From: an archaeon
GTDB taxonomy: Archaea; Iainarchaeota; Iainarchaeia; Iainarchaeales; 1-14-0-10-31-34
DNA length: 31,801 nt
Direction of reading: 5' to 3'
Assembly: GCA_043819075.1 (NCBI GenBank)
Contig: JBDRFE010000067.1
Span: forward strand, 1 to 31,801
In this document: positions 7,407 through 16,659 of the stretch, in pieces
Layout: every line of letters begins with the position of its first letter
How positions within the stretch are numbered: the first letter of the stretch is position 1
Notes under the pieces: model-generated
Databases searched by the model: none
The model's input: only the letters and a program-made list of their open reading frames with translations
What the model was told of the DNA's origin: nothing
Translations under genes and position numbers: made by a program

Positions 7407-9194
7407 ATGAAAATTAAAAAATTATCAGTCATTTTGATCTTTTTAGCACTGCTGGTTATTCTGACAGGATGCATGGAATTTCCAATTGGCGGTACAAGCA
7501 AGGCGCCTCCAAAGAATCAGTCCATTCAATGCCAAGACAACATAGACAATGATTCAGACGGGTTTTGCGATTACAGAGGCTGCACTATAGGCAAGGGAAA
7601 AGACAGGCAGGCTCTGCCGATGGACCCTGACTGCACTGGTTCAAATGACAACAGCGAATTCTGCAGGGATTCAATTGAAATTTGCAATGGTCTTGACGAT
7701 AACTGCAACGGCCAAACAGATGAAAATGCTTGTAATATAACTTATTATTGTGATTCTGACAGAGACGGATATTTTTCCAGCACAGCAGACGGTGTATGTT
7801 ATTCCTTTAATTGTGCTCCGGCAGGTTGCCAGACCACTGCAGGCAACGACTGCGATGATAATGCAGCAGACATGAATCCAGGCGCCGCTGAAAACTGCAC
7901 TGACAACAAGGATAACGATTGCGATGGAATTGTGGATGAATGCGATACATGCGCAAATGGAGTATTGGATGGAAGCGAAACAGATATTGATTGCGGCGGC
8001 ACATGCGCATTATGCGATGAAGGAAAGAATTGCGATACCAATTCTGACTGCCTTACTTTGAACTGCACGCAAAACACTTGCACGCAGTCATCTTTTTCTT
8101 TGGATCCGCTGTGCAAGCCATTAAAGTTTGACGGCTCTTTTGACAGCAGGATAACCATTATATTTGTGCCTTCTAATTTCAATGGCGATATGGAGAACTT
8201 CAGGCAAAAGGCAGAATGGGTTACAAGTGTTTTCAATAATTATGACCCATTAAAGAGCACGAACTCAAGGCTCAACGTAATGTATGTGCCTGAAGAAAAA
8301 GGAAGTTATTGTTATTTCAACTGCGGCGGCATAGCCCGCCTTCTCTGCTGTAACGGAGACCTTGCAGTGGGTACTTCCAGCCGCTGCACTGAAGGCCCCA
8401 GGCAGACTGTTGTAATTCATAATGATGAAACCTATGGCGGAGCTGGCTCTTTTTGGGGCGGGCTGTCCACAACTTCTGTGCATCCTTCTGCACCAAGAAT
8501 TGCTGTGCATGAACTTGGCCACAGCTTATTTGGTTTGGGTGACGAGTACAACTACCAAGGACATTCAAGCCCGTTAAATTCGCCAAATTGTGATTATGCT
8601 GGCTGCTCAAAATGGGCTGAACTGCTAGGTGTAAATGGAGTCAACTGTAAGGCTAACAGCTGTGGCAATGGCGCCTACTATACAAGCGAAAACACTATTA
8701 TGTACAGCCTTTCTTACAATTTTGAGGAGATAAATCTTAGGAGCACATGCTGTACATATGCAAGGGAAACCGGCATTTACCCTCAATATTGCAGCCAGTT
8801 TTCAAATCTTGATTCTTATTGTGGGATAACCCTACAATCTCCTTCTGCAGGTGCTGTGCCTTTTGTTCAGCCATTTGAATACAGATTTATCAAAACTGCA
8901 GAAGGTGCATGGAAACTTGAAAGCATAACGCCAAAGAGAGCTGGCAGTTATGCAAACAAGATCGCTGGCGTAGGCGCGAAATATTCTTCAACTCTAAAAA
9001 TTGTCCGTGCAAACGGCAAACAGGAAATAATAAATATTGCATCTGAAGAGGATATGGAGTTTCCCGGAGAAAATGATTCTCTCGGAGGTTACCTAAAAAT
9101 GCCTCTCACATCGTTTTCGATAATCATTGAGCATCTAAAAGGGCCTGTGAAGGATTTGGAAATCGACGGCAAGCCGGTTAAAAAGAAAGAGTGA
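7407..9194 (+). CDS. Lipoprotein-like Cys/Asp-rich protein with an M64-family-like zinc metallopeptidase domain
   Basis: Lipobox-like LVILTGC; putative metal-binding repeats EICNGLDDNCNGQTDE and DCDD...NPGAAENC.DNKDNDCDGIVDE; YGGAG...AVHELGHSLFGLGDEY (HExxH...DEY). Confidence 0.8.
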   Translation: MKIKKLSVILIFLALLVILTGCMEFPIGGTSKAPPKNQSIQCQDNIDNDSDGFCDYRGCTIGKGKDRQALPMDPDCTGSNDNSEFCRDSIEICNGLDDNCNGQTDENACNITYYCDSDRDGYFSSTADGVCYSFNCAPAGCQTTAGNDCDDNAADMNPGAAENCTDNKDNDCDGIVDECDTCANGVLDGSETDIDCGGTCALCDEGKNCDTNSDCLTLNCTQNTCTQSSFSLDPLCKPLKFDGSFDSRITIIFVPSNFNGDMENFRQKAEWVTSVFNNYDPLKSTNSRLNVMYVPEEKGSYCYFNCGGIARLLCCNGDLAVGTSSRCTEGPRQTVVIHNDETYGGAGSFWGGLSTTSVHPSAPRIAVHELGHSLFGLGDEYNYQGHSSPLNSPNCDYAGCSKWAELLGVNGVNCKANSCGNGAYYTSENTIMYSLSYNFEEINLRSTCCTYARETGIYPQYCSQFSNLDSYCGITLQSPSAGAVPFVQPFEYRFIKTAEGAWKLESITPKRAGSYANKIAGVGAKYSSTLKIVRANGKQEIINIASEEDMEFPGENDSLGGYLKMPLTSFSIIIEHLKGPVKDLEIDGKPVKKKE

Positions 9195-9346
9195 ATAAAG
9201 AAAGCAATCTTTAGCTTTTTTTTCAGTTCTGACAGGCGGACAAACCTAAAATGAACTGCAGCCAACAGAAGGCTTAACAGAAGAAGAATAAGCTAAGAAA
9301 GACTTTTATTCTATTTCAAACTTTCTCTTTTTCTATCAAATAGTTT

Positions 9347-9623
9347 CTAACGGTTTTGAAGTTCCTGCCTAATTTCTCTTAAGATTTTTTTCCAGTTGGC
9401 ATTTATTATTGTAGCATTACTTAATTTACTTTTTCCTTTTATTGTTTGAATAACTTTTCTTGAAATTCTTATTATATGTGCTTCTGGAATCCTAAGCTCA
9501 AAAGCCATTATTTTTATGCCAATGGATAATTGCTTTTCAGCTGATGGTTTAACTGAAACAGAAGGCTTGCTCCTGATTTTTCTTTTCCACTTTTTATATC
9601 TAAAATATGGTTTTTTTAGGCAT
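9347..9623 (-). pseudogene. Frameshifted basic protein (about 91 aa if one A is removed from the A7 run)
   Basis: ATG CCT AAA AAA A|CC hits TAG at codon 8; the adjacent frame is open from the A-run to TAG at 9347 (PYFRYKKWKRKIRSKPS...REIRQELQNR). Confidence 0.6.
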
Positions 9624-9676
9624 TAAATAAATAATGTGTTTTTTTGTATTTAAACTTTTTCTTTCATTTGTATTTC

Positions 9677-10210
9677 ATGAAACAAGTTCTAGTTTTACTT
9701 GGAAAAGCCCGTTCAGGCAAAGACACTGTAGCAGACTTTATAGTAAAAGAATTCGGCTACACAAAATTTGTTTTTTCTTCTGTATTAGAAGAAGAACTTA
9801 AAAGGCAGGGAAAAACTGTTTCAAAGCAGGCAATGGCTTTGCTTGGAGACGAATTAAGAGAAAAACATGGAATGGATTTTATTGCGGTAAAGCTTTTGGA
9901 AAAAGTGAAAAACGAAAAAAAAATTGTTTTTGTGGGTGCAAGGTCAGTTGAAGAAGTTCTTTTAATCAAAAAAAAGTTTCCTCAGGCAAAACTGGTTTTA
10001 GTTGAAGCAGATGAAAGCAATAGATTTGGCAGAAGAACTTCAACTGAATCTGATTCTTTTGAAGGCTTTCTTGAAAGAGACAAAATAGATGAACAAAAAA
10101 AGGGAATGAAAAAGCTTTTTGTTTTAGCTGACTTTAAGCTGGAAAACAATGGTTCAGTCGAGGAATTATCCAAAAAAACAAGGCAATTAATGTATAACAT
10201 TTTTAAATAG
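9677..10210 (+). CDS. P-loop nucleotide kinase (dephospho-CoA kinase-like / UPF0200 family)
   Basis: MKQVLVLLGKARSGKDTVA Walker A; GDELR...G; GARSVEE; ADFKLENNGSVEEL. Confidence 0.8.
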   Translation: MKQVLVLLGKARSGKDTVADFIVKEFGYTKFVFSSVLEEELKRQGKTVSKQAMALLGDELREKHGMDFIAVKLLEKVKNEKKIVFVGARSVEEVLLIKKKFPQAKLVLVEADESNRFGRRTSTESDSFEGFLERDKIDEQKKGMKKLFVLADFKLENNGSVEELSKKTRQLMYNIFK

Positions 10211-10240
10211 TAAAGACTGATTATTTAAGGTGATTTATTT

Positions 10241-10924
10241 ATGGTTGGTGAAGGAGCAATAGACTTTTTTGGCCTGATAGGGCAAGGAGTTTATCAGTCA
10301 ATTAACGCATTATTCCAGAAATGCATTGAAGTGCTTCCTGGCTTGGCTATTGCAGTCATTCTTTTGGCAATAGGTTATGTTGTTGCTTTAGTGTTGAAAA
10401 GCGTTGCAGTTGAAATTATTAAATATCTTAAAATTGACCATTTTCTTGAAGCCCATGAACTGCCACAGGCAATTGGCGGAATCTCTTTTTCTATTCTTTT
10501 AGGGGAATTAGTTAAATGGTATGTCATTATCCTGTTTTTAGCTCAGGCAGCAGGTTTTTTGTCACTGAACGTAATAGCAGACTTCATTAATGTTTTAGTG
10601 CAAAAAGTGCCGGTTGTATTAGGTGCAGTGTTATTGCTTGCATTAGGATTTTATCTGGCAAGATATGCAAGGAATACAGTTAACAAAACCAATTACCCGA
10701 AAAAAGATATTGCAGGAGCTTTAACTGAAGTAGTGATAATGTATCTTGTAATTGTAATGGCTTTAACCCAGATTGGCTTTGAAACCCAGATTCTGATTGA
10801 AGCTTTTAGGATTGCATTCACTGTTTTAGTGATAATTATTGCAATAATTTTTGGGATAGCTTTTGGATTGTCTTTCAGAAAAGACATCAAAAACTTTATT
10901 ATGGAAATAAGGAAAGGAATGTAA
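10241..10924 (+). CDS. Membrane protein with MscS-associated TM-helix repeats (CmpX-like)
   Basis: LPGLAIAVILLAIGYVVA and VPVVLGAVLLLALGFYLA repeats, C-terminal GIAFGL; SD AGGTGA. Confidence 0.75.
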   Translation: MVGEGAIDFFGLIGQGVYQSINALFQKCIEVLPGLAIAVILLAIGYVVALVLKSVAVEIIKYLKIDHFLEAHELPQAIGGISFSILLGELVKWYVIILFLAQAAGFLSLNVIADFINVLVQKVPVVLGAVLLLALGFYLARYARNTVNKTNYPKKDIAGALTEVVIMYLVIVMALTQIGFETQILIEAFRIAFTVLVIIIAIIFGIAFGLSFRKDIKNFIMEIRKGM

Positions 10925-10936
10925 TTTTTTTTCCCG

Positions 10937-10972
10937 GCACAGGCTAAAACCTGTGCAACCCCTCTTTTTTTT
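10937..10972 (+). terminator. Hairpin GCACAGG-CTAAAA-CCTGTGC plus T-tract
   Basis: Perfect 7-bp stem just after the stop at 10924, followed by poly-T. Confidence 0.55.
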
Positions 10973-11097
10973 AGTTTTTTAGTGTTTTAAGCCTGGCTGA
11001 ACGATTTTTAAAGGTTTTTTCTGACAGTTTATTATCAAACGATTAGGTATGCTATTTTTTAGTTTACTGTTTCGTTGATTTACCGGAGGATTAACAC

Positions 11098-11619
11098 ATG
11101 GATAAAATAGGCGAATTAAGGCCCTTTCAGAAAAGGGTTGAATTAACTGTAAAAGTTCTTGAAAAAAACGAGGTAAGAGAAGTTACTTCAAAGCTTGATA
11201 ATTCAAGCCATAAAGTAACTGAAGTCTTAATCGGAGACGAGTCAGGCACAATCTTATTGACTTTATGGGATGACATGATAGAAAAAGTCGAATTAGAGAA
11301 ATCCTATAAAATAGCCAATGGATACACTTCTTTGTTCAAGAACAGCCTGAGAATGAACATAGGCAGATACGGCGAATTAAATGACTCTGAAGAAGAAGTT
11401 GCTGACATTAAAAAAGACAACAATGTTTCAGACAAAGAATTCGAGCAAAGGCCTAGAAGGTTCGGCGACAGAGGTGGCGGAGGAAACAGAGGCGGAGGCT
11501 TTAACAGAAGAGGCTCTTTTGACAGGCCGAGAAAAAGCTTTGATTCACAGGACTCTAACGCAGGCTCTGATGACTCTGACGCAGGTTCATCTGACGACAG
11601 CTTTGACTCAGATGAATAA
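11098..11619 (+). CDS. ssb: Single-OB-fold single-stranded DNA-binding protein with RGG-rich and acidic tail
   Basis: KVLEK..VREV...VTEVLIGDESGTILLTLWD...KIANGYTSLFKNSLRMNIGRYG; SD GGAGGA. Confidence 0.85.
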   Translation: MDKIGELRPFQKRVELTVKVLEKNEVREVTSKLDNSSHKVTEVLIGDESGTILLTLWDDMIEKVELEKSYKIANGYTSLFKNSLRMNIGRYGELNDSEEEVADIKKDNNVSDKEFEQRPRRFGDRGGGGNRGGGFNRRGSFDRPRKSFDSQDSNAGSDDSDAGSSDDSFDSDE

Positions 11620-11732
11620 AATCCAATTAAAAGAAAAAGGACTCTAAAAACCCTTTTTTTTCTCTTTCTTTTTATTTTTCAGGTTACTTACCAACAGAAA
11701 CAATTTTATTTAACTTAAGGTATTTGTTTTGC

Positions 11733-12413
11733 ATGGCATCAGGTTACAGTTTGATTGATTCAATCAGAAATGATTCTACTGCAATGGTTTTGCTTTTATC
11801 TAACTTGATTACAATTGTTTTGGCTGTTGTTTTCAGCTGGAGTTTAATGATTATTTTGTGGAGTTACTGGCTGCAAAGCATTATCATCGGCTTTTTTAAT
11901 TTTTTAAAGATTTTAACTTTAAAAGAATCTTCAAGCCAAGGCATGACAGTTAACGGAAAGCCTGCTTCCCCCAGTGCATTTAATGGAATAAAAATCTTTA
12001 TTGCATTCTTTTTTGCCTTTCATTATGGCGGATTCCACATATGTTATGCATTTTTTTTGGCAATGTTCACTGTTTTTTCGTTTGTTTCCCATTCGGCTTC
12101 TTTTTCCGATATTGGATTTATTTTCCTGAGCGGAATAATTTTTTTCTTCAACCACTTGTATTCTTTTTTGCATTACAGGAATAAGCCCGTGCAGAGGAGC
12201 ATTGGAACATTGATGTTTTTTCCTTATGCCAGAATTTTTCCAATGCATTTAACCATTATTTTTGGTGGCATGTTCTTGTTTTCAAAAACAGGATCTGTTT
12301 TTGTTTTAGTGCTGTTTTTGGTGCTGAAAGCAATTGCAGACTTAATCATGCATTCAATTGAACACAAGGAACAGATTAAAATATATATTTCTGGTGAACA
12401 GATCAGTATGTGA
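11733..12413 (+). CDS. DUF6498-like polytopic membrane protein
   Basis: YWLQSIIIGFFNFLK, FFAFHYGGFH, PYARIFPMHLTIIFG and LKAIADLIMH motifs. Confidence 0.7.
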   Translation: MASGYSLIDSIRNDSTAMVLLLSNLITIVLAVVFSWSLMIILWSYWLQSIIIGFFNFLKILTLKESSSQGMTVNGKPASPSAFNGIKIFIAFFFAFHYGGFHICYAFFLAMFTVFSFVSHSASFSDIGFIFLSGIIFFFNHLYSFLHYRNKPVQRSIGTLMFFPYARIFPMHLTIIFGGMFLFSKTGSVFVLVLFLVLKAIADLIMHSIEHKEQIKIYISGEQISM

Positions 12414-12613
12414 TGCAATAAAAGTATTTCTTTATTTTTAGTGGAATGGAACACAAAGAGCAACTTGAATAACACTTACCTTTAAAAACAATTTACAGCA
12501 GTTTTTTGTATGATATTAATGAGAAGGGATTTACAAATACGCCAGACCTTTTTTTTCTTGTTTAATTAATTATTTAAATACTCTTGGATTATATTTTGTA
12601 TTCAATTGTTTTC

Positions 12614-12687
12614 GGGCGCGTAGCTCAGCCTGGCAGAGCATTGGTCTTATACGCCAAGTGTCGGGGGTTCAAATCCTCCCGTGCCCA
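12614..12687 (+). tRNA. tRNA-Ile(UAU), intronless, CCA not encoded
   Basis: Cloverleaf: acceptor GGGCGCG/CGTGCCC, D-arm GCTC/GAGC, anticodon stem TTGGT/GCCAA with loop CT-TAT-AC (anticodon 12648-12650), T-arm GGGGG-TTCAAAT-CCTCC, discriminator A; TATTTAAATA upstream at 12571-12580. Confidence 0.92.
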
Positions 12688-12694
12688 ATCGCGA

Positions 12695-12783
12695 TTTCGC
12701 TCGCGAGCAACGAAATACGGCATAAAGCCGTATATGCTTCGCTTTTCGCTTGCGAGCAACGAGGCACCACATAAAGTGGTGAT
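12695..12783 (+). repeat. Mosaic palindromic repeat (A-B-A-B' arrangement)
   Basis: A = TTTCGCTYGCGAGCAACGA at 12695-12713 and 12744-12762; B = ATACGGC-ATAAA-GCCGTAT (12715-12733); B' = CACCAC-ATAAA-GTGGTG (12765-12781). Confidence 0.75.
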
Positions 12784-12804
12784 GCAATAGTTAAGGTTTT
12801 TTTT

Positions 12805-15654
12805 ATGACTTCATTGGAAAATTTTTCCCTGCAAAAAGAAGAAGAAATCAGAGAATACTGGAAAAAAAATAAAGTGCAGGAAAAAGCGCGAAAGCAGAGT
12901 GCAAAACAAAAAAAATACTTTTATTTCATGGACGGTCCGCCGTATGCAACAGGCCACATCCATATGGGAACAGCCTTAAACAAAATATTGAAAGACACTG
13001 CAATGCGGTTCAAGAGAATGAAAGGCTTTAATGTTTTTGACAGGCCGGGCTATGACACTCATGGAACCCCAATTGAATTCCAGGTTGAAAAAGAAATTGG
13101 CACAAAAAACAAGCAAGACATACAAAAATTTGGAGTAGAAAATTTCATTAAAAAATGCAGGGCTTATGCAACAGAATTCATTGAACAGCAAAACAATGAA
13201 TTTGAAAACCTCGGAGTATGGATGGACTGGAACAATCCATACATTACCCTGAAAAACGAGTACATTGAAAGCATCTGGTGGGCTTTCAAGAAAGCAGAAG
13301 AAAAAAATTTACTTTATTTAGGCGAATATTCAGTTCATGTTTGCCCCAGATGCGAGACAGCGGTTTCATTCAATGAAATTGAATACGTAAAACAAACAGA
13401 CAACTCAGTTTATGTCAAATTTCCGTTAAAAGAAAAAGAAAACACTTTTTTATTAATTTGGACTACAACCCCTTGGACTCTGCCGGCAAACACCGGGGTA
13501 ATGGTTCATCCAGATTTTGATTACTCTGAAATAGAATTAAGTTCAGGGGAAAAATGGATTATTGCAAAAGAATTAGTGCAAAAGGTAATGGCAGCAGTTG
13601 AAGCAGGCTTTACAGAAAAAAAAATCTGGAAAGGAAAAGAATTAGCTGGATTAAAATACGAGAACCCTTTATTCAAGAATTTGAAACTGCCTGACATGAG
13701 CAAAGGATACAGGATAGTTTTAAGTTCAAGGTATGTTAATTTAGAAGACGGAACTGGCTTAGTTCATTGTGCGCCAGGGCATGGAAGAGAAGACTTTGAA
13801 GTAGGAAAAGAAAATAATTTGCCTTCACTTTCTCCTGTGAAATTAAACGGCGAAATGACTGAACAGGCAGGAAAATACGAGGGAAAAAAAGCAAGGGTTG
13901 TGGACAAAGAAATTGTTGAAGACCTTGAAAAAATGAATGCATTGGTGTTCAAGCATGCTTTTACCCATGATTATCCTGTGTGCTGGAGATGCAAAACTCC
14001 TTTGTTAATGCTTTCTGTCCCTCAATGGTTTTTTAAAATCAGTTCAATTCGAAAAAGAATGCTTGAATTGAATTCAGAAAACAACTGGGTTCCTTCTTGG
14101 ATGAATGACAGGATGAAAAACTGGATTGAATCTTTGAGTGACTGGCCGATTTCAAGGGCAAGATACTGGGGCACTCCATTGCCTATATGGGTTTGCAGTA
14201 AATGCGAGAAAAGAAAAGTTTTTGGTTCAATAAAAGAATTAAAGAAATCAGCTAAAGTTCCGGAAAAAATTGATTTGCATAAGCCTGAAATAGATGAAAT
14301 TAAATTCAAGTGCGATTGCGGCGGAGAATACAGCAGAGTTCAGGAAGTATTAGATGTATGGTTTGATGCAGGAGTTTCTTCCTGGGCTGCATTAAATTTT
14401 CCTTCAGAAAAAAAGTTGTTTGAAAAATTCTGGCCAGCAGACTTAAACATTGAGGCAACAGAACAGGTTAGAGGCTGGTGGAACTCGCAGTTAATTACTT
14501 CAACGATTTGCTTTGACAAAACACCATACAAAAACATCATGGTTCACGGAATGGTATTAGATTTAGACAAGAAAAAAATGTCTAAATCCAAAGGAAATGC
14601 AATCCAGCCACAAGAAGTAATCCAAAAATATAACAGGGATTTTTTGAGATATTATTTTTGTTCTTTGTCTAAAGGAGAAGACATTGTTTTTGACTGGAAT
14701 GCTTTCAGGGAAATAAACAAGTTTTTCAGCGTGTTCTTTAATTCATATAATTACCTGAATTTGTATTTAGAAAAAAATCCTTTGGTTGGAGAAAAAGACT
14801 TAAAAAAACTTCGTGCAGAAGACAAATGGATTTTATCCAAGCTGAATTCTTTAATCAAAGAAGTTGATTCCTGTTATGAAAAATTTTTGTATCCAAAAGC
14901 AATTTCTTCTTTGAACTGGTTTGTAGTAGAGGAATTCAGCAGGACTTACATTAAATTAATAAGAAACAGGAAAGACAAAAATGCATCAAATACAATGAAT
15001 TTTGTTTTAATGAATTTATTGAAGTTAATGGCTCCGATTCTGCCTCATTTAACTGAATTCATTTACTTAAACTTTTCCGAAAAGTTTAATCAAAAACTGC
15101 CTGAATCAATTCATTTGCTGGAGTTTTCTTCATTTAACGAAAAATTAATTGATTTGGAGTTAGAAAAAGAATTTGATTTAATTAAAGAGATTTCTCAGGC
15201 AGTTCTTTCTTTAAGGGAAAAAGAAAAACTCAGATTAAGATGGGAGTTAAAGGAATTGGCAATTGAATCAGAAAAGCTTTCTTTTAAGGAAACAAAAGAA
15301 ATTCTTGCTTCAATGGTTAATGTGCAAAAAGTTGTTGTTGTAAAATCAACTCCTGAAGGAAAATTTGTTTCATCAGAGATTGCTGGCTTGAAAATTCATT
15401 TGAATACTGAAGCAGACAATGAACTTAAAGCCAAATGGGAGTTAGCTGAACTTACAAGGTTAATCCAGTCTGAGAGAAAAAACAAGGGCTTTAATCCGAA
15501 TGAAATAGTTGAAATGAAATTTGATTGCTCTGATAAAAAGTTTGAAGAAAAATTTAAATCAGAAATAGAGAAAGCAACCAACACAAAACTTGTTTCAGGC
15601 AAAGGCGAGAAAAAGAAACTGCTTGAAAGAGAATTCTTTTTTGAGTTCAACTGA
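12805..15654 (+). CDS. ileS: Isoleucine--tRNA ligase (archaeal type)
   Basis: DGPPYATGHIHMGT (HIGH variant), WTTTPWTLP and GTGLVHCAPGHG (editing domain), DWPISRARYWGTPLP, KMSKS. Confidence 0.97.
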   Translation: MTSLENFSLQKEEEIREYWKKNKVQEKARKQSAKQKKYFYFMDGPPYATGHIHMGTALNKILKDTAMRFKRMKGFNVFDRPGYDTHGTPIEFQVEKEIGTKNKQDIQKFGVENFIKKCRAYATEFIEQQNNEFENLGVWMDWNNPYITLKNEYIESIWWAFKKAEEKNLLYLGEYSVHVCPRCETAVSFNEIEYVKQTDNSVYVKFPLKEKENTFLLIWTTTPWTLPANTGVMVHPDFDYSEIELSSGEKWIIAKELVQKVMAAVEAGFTEKKIWKGKELAGLKYENPLFKNLKLPDMSKGYRIVLSSRYVNLEDGTGLVHCAPGHGREDFEVGKENNLPSLSPVKLNGEMTEQAGKYEGKKARVVDKEIVEDLEKMNALVFKHAFTHDYPVCWRCKTPLLMLSVPQWFFKISSIRKRMLELNSENNWVPSWMNDRMKNWIESLSDWPISRARYWGTPLPIWVCSKCEKRKVFGSIKELKKSAKVPEKIDLHKPEIDEIKFKCDCGGEYSRVQEVLDVWFDAGVSSWAALNFPSEKKLFEKFWPADLNIEATEQVRGWWNSQLITSTICFDKTPYKNIMVHGMVLDLDKKKMSKSKGNAIQPQEVIQKYNRDFLRYYFCSLSKGEDIVFDWNAFREINKFFSVFFNSYNYLNLYLEKNPLVGEKDLKKLRAEDKWILSKLNSLIKEVDSCYEKFLYPKAISSLNWFVVEEFSRTYIKLIRNRKDKNASNTMNFVLMNLLKLMAPILPHLTEFIYLNFSEKFNQKLPESIHLLEFSSFNEKLIDLELEKEFDLIKEISQAVLSLREKEKLRLRWELKELAIESEKLSFKETKEILASMVNVQKVVVVKSTPEGKFVSSEIAGLKIHLNTEADNELKAKWELAELTRLIQSERKNKGFNPNEIVEMKFDCSDKKFEEKFKSEIEKATNTKLVSGKGEKKKLLEREFFFEFN

Positions 15655-15657
15655 AAT

Positions 15658-16146
15658 TTATTTCGGTCTGTGGCTTATGATAATAATTCTTGTTCCCCGT
15701 ATTTTCTTTGGTTTTTTTTCTTTTGGAATCATATGAGGAAATAATCCTGCTTGTTTTTTTATTTGCCTTATTAGCTTAAACCTTGAAATTCCGATTCTTT
15801 GTTTTTTTCTTATCCTGCTTATTTCTTGTCTTGCTTTTTCCTGTTTTTGCATTAATTCATTTGCCTTTCTTTGTGTCTGGATTTTTGCTGTTTTAGTGCA
15901 TAAACCTGATAATTCTTTTTTTATTTTCCTGTCAAAGTCAAAGTAAACAGGGTATTTGCAGGATTCAGTTATTCTTTCTGAAACTTTTAATGCCTGCCTG
16001 AAGGCAACGTTCATTACAGATAAAAGCTTTTTTAGTTTTGTTTCATCAGGATTTGTTTTCTGTTTTTCTTTTGAAAGTTCTTCCTGTTTTTCCCTGTAAA
16101 CGCTTAAAAACCGTTCAATTTTTTGCCTGTCTTCTTTCCATGCCAT
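15658..16146 (-). CDS. Hypothetical basic, helical protein
   Basis: 162-aa ORF, K/R-rich C-terminus; ATTAATA TATA-like element about 25 nt upstream. Confidence 0.6.
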   Translation of the reverse strand: MAWKEDRQKIERFLSVYREKQEELSKEKQKTNPDETKLKKLLSVMNVAFRQALKVSERITESCKYPVYFDFDRKIKKELSGLCTKTAKIQTQRKANELMQKQEKARQEISRIRKKQRIGISRFKLIRQIKKQAGLFPHMIPKEKKPKKIRGTRIIIISHRPK

Positions 16147-16191
16147 AAAAATAGTTTGTTTTTTTGTATTAATATCCTTTTCGGGTTTTTT

Positions 16192-16620
16192 TTACCTGAA
16201 AATTCTGCTGATTTTTCTGCCAGTACTTTTAACTTTTATCCTTATTCTTCTTGCAGCCTTTTCATGCATCCCGGGAATTCTTCTGAGTTTTGGCTTAATT
16301 TTATGGTGTCCTGCGCTGTGCATTTTCCGTTCTGCCTGCATTACTCGTTTATAAGTGTCTTTTGCCCTTCTCTGCAAATGCCTGTTTAATACTCTTAAAT
16401 CAATGAGTCTTTTGAGTTGTTTTGCATGGTTTACTGCTGCACTCAAATTCGCTGAAGCACTTTCCATAAAAGCTTGTTTAAGATGAGGGTTTGAATGGCT
16501 TGCCACAGAAGTTGAACTAAAATGCATTTCTCCTTGCATGGCAGTTAGATTTCCTGTAATTGAATTCATTAATGTTTCAGCGCGTTGCTGTACTATGTTT
16601 TTTTTATGTTTTTCCGGCAT
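16192..16620 (-). CDS. Hypothetical basic protein
   Basis: 142-aa ORF starting MPEKHKK with an R/K/H-rich C-half. Confidence 0.6.
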   Translation of the reverse strand: MPEKHKKNIVQQRAETLMNSITGNLTAMQGEMHFSSTSVASHSNPHLKQAFMESASANLSAAVNHAKQLKRLIDLRVLNRHLQRRAKDTYKRVMQAERKMHSAGHHKIKPKLRRIPGMHEKAARRIRIKVKSTGRKISRIFR

Positions 16621-16659
16621 AAAATAAGTTATGTGTTCCTTAAATAAAAAGTTTTGCTT

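Noticed and set aside
9195..9300. Possible gene remnant after the peptidase (ELQPTEGLTEEE-stop)
   Set aside because: Too short, no start and no consistent frame.
12695..12783. Mini CRISPR array
   Set aside because: Only two 19-nt repeats, the intervening sequences are related hairpins rather than unique spacers, and there are no cas genes.
12410..12789. 11-bp direct repeat GTGATGCAATA (12410-12420 and 12779-12789) bracketing the tRNA region
   Set aside because: Short, partly overlaps the repeat module, and no integrase or tRNA 3' duplication is nearby; may be chance.
12584..12790. 68-aa ORF in the track
   Set aside because: It overlaps the tRNA and the palindromic repeats; spurious.
14449..14487. 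IleRS motif reads EATEQVRGWW instead of the usual EGxDQxRGWF
   Set aside because: Could be ordinary lineage variation; no functional claim is possible without an alignment.
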